A program made the translations under genes and the position numbers. A DNA stretch of 64,000 nucleotides from Oikopleura dioica (lineage: Eukaryota > Animalia > Chordata), in NCBI GenBank assembly GCA_907165135.1, contig OU015567.1, positions 9,796,001-9,860,000 on the forward strand. Reading direction: 5' to 3'. The notes under the pieces were generated by a model that had not been told where the DNA came from, ran no database searches, and worked only from the letters and a program-made list of their open reading frames with translations. Below, one piece after another: positions 1 through 12,077 of this stretch; the stretch's first letter is position 1; each line of letters begins with the position of its first letter.

Positions 1-3000
1 GGAAAACGTAGCCCTCGCTTTGGAGTTTTTAGAAAGCGAGCGAATCAGATTAGTGTCGATCGACGCCCAAGCTATAGTCGACGGCAACCTCAAGTTAATA
101 TTGGGTCTGATATGGACCCTTATTCTTCACTATTCCATATCGATGCCGATGTGGGAGGGAGAAGAAGAAGGTGCCCAGGACCTTACACCGAAGCAACGTC
201 TCCTTGGCTGGATCCAAAACAAAATCCCTCAAATTCCTATTACAAATTTCTCCAGAGATTGGCAAGATGGTCGAGCTCTTGGTGCTCTTGTTGACAACTG
301 CGCTCCAGGTAAAAACACATTCTCTCTACTATCTTCATCAGCACTTTCCTTCTTTCTTTCTTCACAATTTCTAATAACTCTAAGGCCTGTGCCCTGAATG
401 GGTCGAATGGGACCCTCAGAATCGCGTTGAAAACGCAACCACAGCCATGGGCCTTGCCGAAGAGCATTTAGGCGTGGCTCAGGTAATATTTTTTCCGACC
501 TTTCTTTCATTTCTTTCACCCTCTTGGTGACTCTCATTCTTTCTTCCGTTTGACCGTGTGATAACCATTTGAAACATTGTGTGATTTACAGGTTTGTGTC
601 CTGACTGGGAAGACTGGGGCCCTGATGGCCAAAGAAACGCTGATGAAGCAATGGCTTTGGCGGAGAAATATCTTGGAGTGGCGAAGGTGAGCCTACTTTT
701 AGGCACACTCGGAGAAATCGTTTTGCACATTTATGCTTTTATTTCATCGTGTGTTTGTTTTAGCGTGATTTTTATTACCCGTTGTACCTTTTTTAAATAT
801 CTGTCTATTAGGTCATCGCGCCGGAAGAAATTACCAACCCTCATGTTGATGACCAGTCGGTTATGACCTATTTGTCGCAGTTCCCCAATGCGAAGCTCGT
901 CAAAAACGCTCCTCTTCGCAACAAAACCGATCCCAAAAAAGCTCGAGCGTACGGCAAAGGTGTCACTGCAACCGGCAACAAGGTGAGTTTAGAGAAAAGT
1001 GCTTGATAAACATGTTCCGGAAGTAAAGGTTATAAGTTCTCCACCCTCTGCAGAGGAAGGCTGGCTCTGCCGCAGGCCGTGTTCAGCGGGGCTTTGACGA
1101 TAAACAAGCATTCCATGTCTCTTTTTTGGATAAGCTCTAATTTAGTATTTTTATTTACTCCAAAGAGAAAGTACTTCTTTTACCTGCGATTTTCAGGTCG
1201 GTGAACCAGCTCCTTTCACCGTTGATACTGCCTCCGCTGGCACCGGCGACGTCCTTGTTTACGTTCAGGACCCTGCTGGTCATACAGAGGAAGTAGCTGC
1301 AGTTGCCAATAACGATAAGAATAAGACCTACTCTGTCGTTTATCATCCCCAGCTCCCTGGCCAACATCAAGTCACAGTCCTTTTCTCTGGAAAGGACATC
1401 AACAAGAGCCCATTTGTCGTCGACGTAGCAGACTCCCCTCCCTGCCCAGACCAAGTCATCGCGAAGGGTCCTGGTCTTGAAGCTACAGGAAACATCGTCA
1501 GCAGAGAAACCCATTTTGAAGTCTTCACTGCTGGTTGTGGAATTGGCGAGCTCGAGGTTGTCATTCTTGATCCAAATGGTGCACCTAGTGTTATTCCTGA
1601 TGTCTTCCCGACTGGCCCCGGAAGTTTCTCAGTAAAATACATTCCCCAACAACAAGGACCTCATAACGTGCAAATCCTCTTCGGTGGCGGCCACATCCGA
1701 CACTCCCCGTTCAACGTCCAAATTGACCTCCCCTTTAACCCTCAAGCTGCCTGGGCGGAAGGACCTGGCCTTGCTCCAGAAGGACTTATTGTTCGCGATC
1801 AAGCAGCCTTCGTTGTTCACACAGAAGAAGCTGGAAGCGGCCAACTTGATATTCGAATCATTGGTCCACGGGGTATCTCTGAACCAGTAAACATTGTTGA
1901 CAACGGTGACGGAACTTACTCCTGCGATTACGTTCCGCTCAAAGCTGGCCAATACAACGTAGCGATTTCATACAGTGGTAAGCCTATCAACGGAAGTCCT
2001 TACGTCGTCATCGTGGATCCTGCTCCAGATGCGGGCGCGGTCCGGCTTTCCGGACCGGGTCTTCAGCCTGGAAACATTGCTGGAAATGAAGCTTGGTTCG
2101 AACTCGACTTTGCTAATGCTGGAAAAGGCGAGCCATATGTCGAAGTCATCGGCCCGAATGGCCAGGAAGTGCCCATTCAGGTGGAAGAGCTCGGTAATGG
2201 AAAGATTCGCGTTACTTACCAGCCCAAGGAAAAGGGAACATATCAAGTGAACGCGACTTTCGCCGATGTTCTTTGCCCTGGTTGCCCCCTTGCCGTCGAT
2301 ATTCTTCCAGCATTCGATGCAAGTAGTTGCCGAGCATATGGTCGAGGTCTTCAGCCCCGTGGCGTTCGAATCAACGAAAAAGCTGACTTTTATATCAACA
2401 CCACTGGTGCGGGAGAGGCAGACCTGAAAGTTAACATCATCGGTCCCCGAGGCAACCCAGAGCCTGTTGAGATGCACCAAGACCCGAACGGAAGCGAATA
2501 TTCTTGTGCTTACTATCCAAGACGAGAAGGAAAGTACCAAATTTCCATCACATTTGGTGGGCAAGATATCGCTAAATCACCGTTTGTCGTTTTCGTTGGA
2601 GGAGAAGCTGGCCCACAACAAGTACGAGCTTTTGGACCTGGTCTTCATGGCGGCATGGTTGGTCACTCTGCTGACTTTGTTGTGGAGTCGATCGGTGATA
2701 CCGTCGGCCAGCTCAGCTTTTCTATTGAGGGCCCATCTCATGCTCAAATCGAGTGCGAAGATAAGCAAGATGGAAGTTGTGACGTCAGATACTTCCCAAC
2801 GGAGGCTGGAGAATACGCCGTACACGTCATCTGCGATGACGAGGATATCAAAGACTCACCATTCATGGCGCTTATTCAACAGAACGATCCCAGACTAAAA
2901 GCTGCTCAGTGCTCTGCTTATGGACCCGGCTTGGAAACTGGTGTTCCTGTTGTGGGACAACCAGCGGAATTCACTGTTGACGCAAGAGGTGCTGGAATGG

Positions 3001-6000
3001 AAGCTCCGATCAAAATCTACGCGAAGGATTCTGATGGAAATGACGTCCCAGTCCAAGTTGTCGATAACAATGATGGAACCTACACCTGCATCTACATCCC
3101 CGAAAAATCAGCGAAACATACCATCATTGTCGCCATTGGAGGAATCAACATCCCAAAGTCGCCATGGAGAGTACTTGTGCAAGAAGACAGTCGCCCAGAA
3201 AATGTTCGCGTTTATGGGCCCGGTGTCGAGCCAAATGGTCTCAAGGCAGATGAACCAACCTATTTCACTGTTGACTGTACTGACGCTGGTCTTGGCGATG
3301 TCAGCATCGGGATCAAGTCTGCTCCAGGTGTCACTGGAGTGACCGATGAGGATATGGACTTCGATATCATCAAGAACGATAATGACACTTTCACCGTTCG
3401 TTGGCATCCGCCAAGTGCTGGGCTTTACACAATCCAAGTACTTTTCGCTGACCAAGAAATTCCTGGCGCACCGATTGATGTGACTGTCAGTCCCAATCAT
3501 GACGCATCCAAAGTCGTCGCTGATGGACCTGGTCTTCTTCCGAAGGGTGTTGAAGCTGAAAAACCAACGAACTTTACCATCTACGCTCGAGGAGCTGGAA
3601 AAGGAAATCCGGAAGTTGCTGTTGTTGATGCTCACGGTCGTCCAATTGCAGAAGCTGTTGTCACTCCAAATGGTGATGGCAGTTACAATGTTCAGTACTG
3701 TCCAACTGCTGATGGTCCTGCCCAAGTTCATGTATCCTACGGAGGCGATCCAGTCCCCAATTCCCCCTTTAACATCAGCGTCGCACCTGCTTTGAACATC
3801 TCGATGGTCCAGGTTCACTCGATGCTTGAATCTTGTTTCGTTCGCGAAGAACAGACTTTCGAAGTTTATACTACTGGAGCTGGAGGACAAGGACAGCTTA
3901 CATGCAAGATTACTTCGCCATCCCGAAAGCAGATCTACTGTCAAATGCACGAGACTGAAAATGGCTACGAAATCTCCTTCACTCCAAGTGAAGAAGGAAC
4001 TTATCGAATTGACATCGAGTACGATAGAATTCCTATCAATGGCTCACCATTCCATATTGAAGCTCAACTTCCTCCAGATCCATCAAAGGTCAAAGCTCAG
4101 GGAGCTGGCCTTTCTAGAGGTGAAGTTGGCGAGCCTGCTGCATTCTCCATCAACACTCAGGGTGCTGGCAACGGATCTTTGGGACTCACTGTTGAAGGAC
4201 CTTGCGAGGCCAAAATCGACTGCATCGATAATGGCGATGGAAGCTGTTCTGTCACTTACTTACCCACGGAGCCCGGAACTTACCAAATCAACATCTTATT
4301 CGCCGAAGAACACATTCCCGGAAGTCCATTCTCCGCCTATGTTAAGCCCGCTTTTGACCCTTCAAAGGTCGTTGCATCCGGTGATGGTCTCGAGGAAGCC
4401 AAAGTTAGCGAAGTCAGTACTTTCCAGATTAACACCACGAAAGCTGGCAAAGGCGAGATCTTCGTCGAGGTCATCCAATCTGATGGTTCCCAGCTCAAGG
4501 TCGATTTGACCTCGCACGGCGGCATCTACACTGCATCCTACGTGCCCACCAAGCCTGGCCAGGCTGTCGTCAACTTGTCAATGGGCGGTCAAATGGTTGA
4601 CAACTTCCCAAGGGCTGTCAACGTCAAACCCAAAATTGACACGTCTTCTATCAGAGTCTTTGGACCAGGTGTTGACGGAGTAAGCCCTGTTTTCGTCGAT
4701 GTTGAGGCCGAGTTTACAATTGACTGTCGCCGAGTCGCTCCTCAAGGTGGCGATTTTATTGATGCGTCAATTACTGGCCCAAGTGGCATTCCTAGCGCCG
4801 TTAGACTGACTGACAACCATGACGGCACGTACAGCGCGCGATACATCGCTTACGAGCGTGGAGAACATAACTTGTCCGTTTTATTCCAAGAAGTGCCTGT
4901 TCCACGTCAACCATTCAGTGTCAATGTTACTGATGGATGCGACGCACGACGAGTCAAGGCTTATGGCCCTGGATTAGAACGTGGTACCACTCGACAAGCC
5001 GCTTTGTTTACTGTCGATACACGAGGCGCCGGTACTGGAGGCATGGGTCTTGCAATTGAAGGCCCTTCTGATGCGAAAATTCGATGTGTTGATAACAAAG
5101 ATGGAACCTGTACTGTTGAGTACTTCCCAGAACAACCTGGTGAGTATGAAATCTTCATCACTTATGGTGGCGAAGCAATTCCAGGCAGTCCTTACTCCGT
5201 GCTTGTTTCTGACAAGGTCGATCCCTCGAAGGTGCGCCTCAGTGGTGATGGTATTGACGATGTTGTTCGAGCAAACGTAAAGTCTGCATTTACGATCGAC
5301 TGCACCCAAGCTGGCGTTGCTCCACTTGAGACCACTGTCCGAGGACCATCAGGACATACCCGAGTCGAAATAATTGAGAAGAGCAGCCAAATCTATCAGG
5401 CTTGCTACACCGCTCAGGAAATCGGTATTCACGAGGTGACTGTCAAGTACGCCGGTGAAACCGTACCAGAAACTCCCCGACGAGTAAATGTCCTGCCTCA
5501 ATATGAAGCCAATAAGGTCAAAGCATCCGGTGCTGGTCTCAATAATCAGGTAATCAGTAAATTTCTTAAACTTGTTACCTATTACTATTAAAATAGGGCG
5601 TTCCAGCCTCCATTCCCGTCGAATTCACGATTGACGCCACTGACGCTGGCGAAGGTCATCTGTCTGTCAGAATTACCGACCCAGAAGGCAACGACAAGAA
5701 GGCGTCGATCAATGACAACCAAGATGGCACTTTTACCGTGAAGTACGTAAATTTATTTCCTCTCGGGAACACAAATAACTTTTTATTATAGATACGTGCC
5801 AGACATGGTCGGCAGGTACACGATCGACATCTGCTACGGTGGCGATGGAATTCCAAACAATCCTTTCCCCGTTCGCGCTGTGCAATTCGGCGATGCCAAC
5901 AGATGTACTGTCTCCGGATCTGGAATTCAAGAACGAATCCAGGTCAACAAGGAAGTTTCTTGCAGTGTTAACACCGCTCAAGCTGGTACCGCCAAAGTCA

Positions 6001-8313
6001 CTGGTTCCGTCATTGCTCCTTCCGGTCAGTTTGTCGAGTGCGATGTTTTCGAAAATGGTGACAGTACCTTTGATGTTTTCTACACGGCAACTGAAGTTGG
6101 AGAACATCAAGTTAACCTCCGATACGGCGGTCAGCATATTCGAGGATCTCCTTTCTACGTTTCTGCTGAACAACTTGGAGTAACTGGATCTCTCTACCCA
6201 GCTAATGACTTCCGTCAATTTGACATGTGTCTTCCCGTTCACTACGAGTCTCAAGTTACTGGTCTCGTCACCATGCCTTCTGGAGCCACCTGCCCGCCTC
6301 AGATTATCGATAACGGTGATGGAACTTGTACCGTCAAGTACCAGCCCACTGAAGCCGGTCTTCATGAGATGGCAATTTACCAGAATGGAGTCCACATCAA
6401 TGGCTCTCCACTGAACTTCTACGTAGATGCCTATGAATCTGGTCACGTCACCGCTTACGGACCTGGTCTTAGCTACGGTCGATGCAACGAGCCTTGTCCC
6501 TTTACCATCGTTACTGAGCGCGCTGGAGCTGGAAACCTTGCTCTCTCATGCGAAGGACCTTCAAAGGCTGAATTCTCTTGCGTGGATAACAAGGATGGAA
6601 CCTGCTCCGTTGAATATCTTCCAACTGCACCAGGCGAATATAAAATCCACGTCAAGTTCGCTGACGAGCATATTCCTGGCTCACCCTTCATGGCGCATGT
6701 TACTGCTGGTGCAAATGCTCAAGCTAGCTACGGAAGCCTCTCTGAGATTCCTCTTCTTTTGAATGAAAGCGATTTGACTCAGCTTGACTGCACTCTTCGA
6801 GCACCGTCCGGGAAAGAAGAACCAGTCAAGCTGCGACATCTTTCAAACGGCGGTGTTGGAATTTGTTTCACTCCAAAACAAGTCGGCGAGCACCTTATCT
6901 TCGTCAAAAAGCGAGGCAAAGATGTTCAAAACTCTCCTTTCCGAGTTTTCGTCAGCCAATCTGAAGTCGGAGACGCTGGCAAGGTTCGTGTTTACGGACC
7001 TGGCGTTGCAAAATCTGTCGCTACTATGGAGCTGGCTGAGTTTTTCGTAGATACAAAGAATGCTGGTTATGGTGGTCTCGCTCTCTCGGTTGAAGGCCCT
7101 TCAAAGGTTGATATCAACTGTGAAGACCGTGAGGACAATGAGTGCCGAGTCACTTACATGCCACAAGAACCGGGCGTCTACCAGATCAATGTCAAATTTG
7201 CAGATCGCCACGTGACCGGCAGTCCATTCACTGTTCGCGCTGACGGCCAGGGAAAACTCAAAGAATCAATCGTCCGACATAGAAAGGCCGCTCAAGCTGC
7301 TCAAGTCGGCAACACTTGCGATTTGAATTTGAAAATTCCAAGTAAGAGAGCCGATTGAACTTGCAGGAAATAATGATTTCTTTCAGACATGAGTGTTGCA
7401 GATTTGACTGCATCGGTAATTTCGCCATCAAATAAGACCGAAGAAGCGCAGATCATCGAAACTGAAGAGTCTAATTACTCCATTCGCTTTGTCCCAAGAG
7501 TAAGTTAAATAATCAAAGAAAATCTCCGAGCAAATATTTAAGGAAACCGGTATTCATACCGTGAATGTTCTCTACCGGGGCAATCATGTACCTGGCTCCC
7601 CCTTCAACTTCACCGTCGGTGAAATGACATCTGGAGGTGCTAACAAAGTCACCGCTACCGGCCCTGGACTAGAACATGCTCTTATCAACATCCCAGCCGA
7701 GTTTTCGATCTGGACACACGAAGCTGGAGCTGGTGGGCTTTCCATTGCCGTGGAAGGACCTTCCAAGGCTGAGATCAACTTTGAGGACCGAAAAGATGGC
7801 TCATGTGGTGTTCACTACCTCGTCTCTCAGCCAGGTAAAATTCAAATTGAGTTACAAAGAGGTCAAATTTATTTTTAGGCGATTACGAAGTCTGCGTGAA
7901 ATTCAACGAAGATCACATTTCCGGCTCTCCTTTCCCGGTTACTGTAACTGATGGTGCACCACCAAAATCAGACGCTTCAAAAGTTCGAGCTTCTGGAAAG
8001 GGTCTTGTCGCCCCGAAAATGGGCCCTGACAACGAGTTCCATGTCAACGCTGACAAAGCTGGTAAGTTCGAGCGAATATATAAGAAGCAGTCCATGTTTT
8101 CAAAATATTTACGAAATTCTTTCAGGTAAAAACGTGCTTATGGTCGGCATCATCGGTCCTAACAGTCCCTGCGAAGAAGTGATGATCAAACATCTTGGCC
8201 AGCGCGAATACAATGTCACTTACACCGTATTAGAGCCAGGAGACTACGTTCTCGTCGTCAAATGGGGCGATGAGCACATTCCTGGCTCGCCTTTCCATGT
8301 GAATGTTCCGTAA
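1..8313 (+). CDS. FLN: Filamin, 5' end outside window: end of CH1, CH2, 24 Ig-like repeats
   Basis: CH motifs ([25 protein letters not shown]), GPG...GSPF Ig repeats, C-terminus [16 protein letters not shown]. Exons read: 1-308, 385-482 or 592-686, 812-982, 1197-5549, 5597-5742, 5792-7341, 7387-7499, 7543-7834, 7879-8061, 8126-8313; all GT-AG. Confidence 0.97.
385..482 (+). other. FLN: Filamin alternative CH2 exon A ([33 protein letters not shown])
   Basis: AG at 383-384, GT at 483-484; 98 nt, phase 1 to 0; homologous to exon B. Confidence 0.85.
592..686 (+). other. FLN: Filamin alternative CH2 exon B ([32 protein letters not shown])
   Basis: AG at 590-591, GT at 687-688; 95 nt, phase 1 to 0; homologous to exon A. 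Confidence 0.85.
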
Positions 8314-9134
8314 ATTGAAAACTACGGAAATCGTCGCTATTTTATCCCAATGCTAGCCTTCTTACCTACACTTGTATCTCGAATTTAAAAAACCCACCTC
8401 CACCCAATCTTCTTCTTTCTCCACCACCACCAATCCGAGTTACAGACAAAAACAGCATCTTTATTATTAAACTCGCCACCTTGAGTGGTACAATGCTTTC
8501 TGCCAAAGAACCAAGCAAACTTCAACAATCCCTTTTAGTACGAAATTATTTTATTATATTTCCGAAGAATTCGCACCAAATGGCACTACTGTACATAATC
8601 TACTATCTCGTGGCCAACAATTAATAATACTGGCAAATGTATCTTTCAATGAAAATAAAAACAATGCATGGCTGCGTTTTTAGCAATAAAACAAAGTTTC
8701 TTTTCAAAGAAATATGTATTTAACATTTCAGGATTTTGAACTTTGATCGTAGCAGGAAGAGGGGTTGGAACTTTGAAAGAGCTTTCAGTTATTTACAAAA
8801 GCGAGGAAGAAAAGAGAGTGGCGCTAGAAATTACGCTTGAAAGGAAAAAAAAATAACGACCCGCGCTGAAATTTGAAACAAGGGCAGCTCGTGGGCATAA
8901 AGCAAGTTTATCTAATAATGAACTTGGAAGACGCTGATTCAAAAAAAAAAACGAGGGAGTGGCAGATTCAACTTTGTACAGGAGGCAGGTGATCTAAGAT
9001 TGACCACGAATTGGAAGAATTCAAAGTGTCTTCGCGAATGAATTGAGCTCTTTCAGCGAGTGCTCCTGAATATGATCAGCCATTTCTAGCTCGGTTTCCG
9101 TCGCGTGGCTGCATATCTAAAGACGTGGCTAGAA

Positions 9135-12077
9135 TTATGCTTGAATCGCACTCCGATGTACCTTGCATTGATGATTTAGAGCCAAAACTTGGACTTTGAT
9201 GAATGTATTGAAGTACTGTCCCAGGTTGTCCATTTTGTATGCACCATTTTCGAAAGACATACCGTTCGACGAGTTCGCTTTTGGCTTCTCAAGCCGCATT
9301 TTGAAGGTTTGTTGCTCGCTAATTTTTCCTTTGTTGTCGCACACTTTGAAGGTTGGAGAATCTTCTTCTTCTGTCAGAATCGAGTTTCCGTGGAGTGCTT
9401 GCTGCGGCTCTGAAGATACGCCTTTGAAGATAAAGCAATAATGATATAAAATATTAATAGAATAATTAAGTAAAGATGTATTTACCTCTTCGAGAGTCAT
9501 TTTCCGCCGTCTTAGGGCTTTCACTTGGATCCAAACTTGAAACCTGTTCATTTGAAGTGTATTCCGTTGACTGGCTCTCTTCTGGAGACATCTCACTGAA
9601 AGAACAAGCAGTCAAGATATTTTCGCGATTTGCGTAACAAACCTTGGAGATTTTGAAAGAACAGAGGAGCCCCAGCTTTTGTAAAGATTCGTGTTCGCTG
9701 TGTCAATTTCATTCTTCTTGTTAATATAAAACGTTTTCGCAGCATACTTGCTCTTTGAAGCCTACAAAGCTGTGTTAATTTTTAAAGTTATTGGTATTGT
9801 TTTCTATGCCGCTGCTTATTTAGACCTGCAGAAAAAATCAAACCTGGCTATAAAAGTCGCTGTAAAATGGATTTGCGGGTGGGATGCCAAACTAAAAGTT
9901 AACGCATAAAAATAAATATCTGTGAATCATTAATAAGGTCTCAAGGACAAGAAATAGTAATTGAAGCAATCAACATAGAAGTATAAGTGCGAAAGATTTT
10001 GATTCCGACATTAATCGTATATAAATAGTAAAAAGCGTGCTATCTCCCTTCTTGCATCTCCCACCACCGACATCAAGGTATTTAATCAACGAAAAAGCTC
10101 ATGCAAATAGACTTACTGGGGGGATTTTGAGGGCCGAACCAGGATCAAGGGCTCCGTAGAGGCCGGAGCGCGGGGGAGCTGTAGTTGTCGCAGAAACTGT
10201 ACGAAGAACTTTCTGCTTCTCGAGGGCAGAGGGCGACGGACTTGTTGTCGAGGAGCTTTCGTTGGCAAGTCGCACTATTCGACTTTTCCCGTCTTCGAAG
10301 CTGACGCTGACTGAATTGGACATTAAAATTCCGGAAAGGATATTAAGTCGTTCTACCGGAGCATCCGCCTCTTCTTTCAATCGCGACAACCTTCTTGTTC
10401 AATTTCGAGGAAAGTATTCCTTTCAAGTAGATTATATTTTCGTTTGTCAGCAATTTGGTGTTTTCTAAGGCTTCAGGTGAGGGAATATCTATCGTTGCCG
10501 AGCGGCGAACAGCATTTGAAAGCTATGGAAAACATGAGCAATAAAATATTGAAAAATTCGATATGAAGATGAAAGAAAACAATTCTTTTGTAAAGAGTCT
10601 TTATGTTTATCGCTGTATGATAAGTTTAAACACGATCGATAACTGTGCAATTATATTAGATAGAATCTTGAGAGGAACATAATTACTACTCAATGAAAAG
10701 TATTCGACTGCAATTATGTTCTTCTTTAGATCCTATCATATTAAAAACATGCGCTTGCAGATGCACGGCCATAGTTATTCTTTTATTAAATTTTTATGTT
10801 TGCAAGACTATCGAAGTTTACCTGGGGTATGTACTGAGGGAGAGAGCTGGGAATGGTTTGGGCCACTGAAACTGGCAGCATACTCGGAACTGAGGGCATC
10901 AAAGGGAATGTTCGTTGAGCGAGGGACCAAGGCATCTGGACGGGAGCGACCATTGGCGGAATCGAAGGAGCAGTAGGTGGAGAGTTTTGGAATACTCCTT
11001 TCGGATCCTGGACTAAAATCCTGAACAATTCAGTTAATACTGCTCTGTAATGACGAAAGTAAATGTCATTTGCTGGTAGACGTACTTGACATTATGACGG
11101 TGGTTTGCTTTCAGGTGGCGAATGGCCTGGAGGATCGTCGTAAAAGTCGTCTTTCCTTTACAGAAAGTGCAGCTATAAGCTTGATGTCGCCGCTGATTTT
11201 TCGTAATAACAAAGTACGGAGTCTCAATACTTTGTCCATGGAGACGGCGATTGCTCAAGATTGGACTTTCCAGGCAGCCTTTCTCTGCGTCAACGTACCA
11301 ATAGAGTCGGAAGGATTTGATAAATGCATCATCGCTATCAAACTGCACCTGAAATACGCGAATAAACGGGGAAATAGTTATTTATGCTCATTACATTTCT
11401 TCTAATGACGCAAAGTGGGCCGATGGGATGCTCGTTCGTGACGCCAATCAGTTGAGAGTCCTTGTCCTGTTGCTGAACGGAAGTGGCTGCGTTGTGGAAG
11501 ATTCCGTCCGAGTACGATTTACAAAGGGTTCGTTTAAGCAAGGGCTTCTTCGGATGCTCTGGCTTGGAGAGGAAAGAGGCGGAAAAGTTAGTTTTTCCTT
11601 CAGGAGTAAAATTGTTGACTGGAGATTTCTGAAACAGGAGATAGAAAAGTTCGAAGCAAAGCGGTTCTACCTGAGGTATTCTTGTAGATGTTGAATTGGG
11701 AAGTGGCGGAAGGGGAGGTATTGAATTTGTGGAAGAGATTGAATTCATAGATTCGACGGATTTTGGGCGTTCAGGGCGGTTCTAGGGCAATTATGAAATA
11801 ATCTGATTGCATCAAAGTATCTTACTTTTTTGGCATCTTCATCTCTAAGGACTTCTTGCTGCGCCTTCAGTGCATCAGCAGCATTGGCGACTGAAGAGCA
11901 CTCTACGTCTATGTCATCCCCTTCGTCCAAAACGCTCGTCTGCGTTTGCAAACGCGGCTGTTCGACAATGACGCTCGTCCCATTTTCTACCTTTTTAGGA
12001 GTTTCGGCCGCGTCGGCCGGATCGCTTGGCTGATCGAAACTTGCCGACGACTGTTGCTGATCTTCGGAGTCACTCAT
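9135..12077 (-). CDS. Uncharacterized multi-exon gene (possibly more than one): acidic/low-complexity N-terminus and one C2H2-like motif
   Basis: ATG at 12077 follows an AG acceptor; successive minus-strand ORFs at 11745-12077, 11338-11748, 11034-11348 (YSCTFC...AIRHLKANH), 10786-11028, 10099-10389, 9135-9596. Exon joins and 3' end not resolved. Confidence 0.45.

Noticed and set aside
1155-6762. Many antisense and off-frame ORFs over filamin
   Set aside because: Shadows of a long, codon-biased coding region; no motifs of their own.
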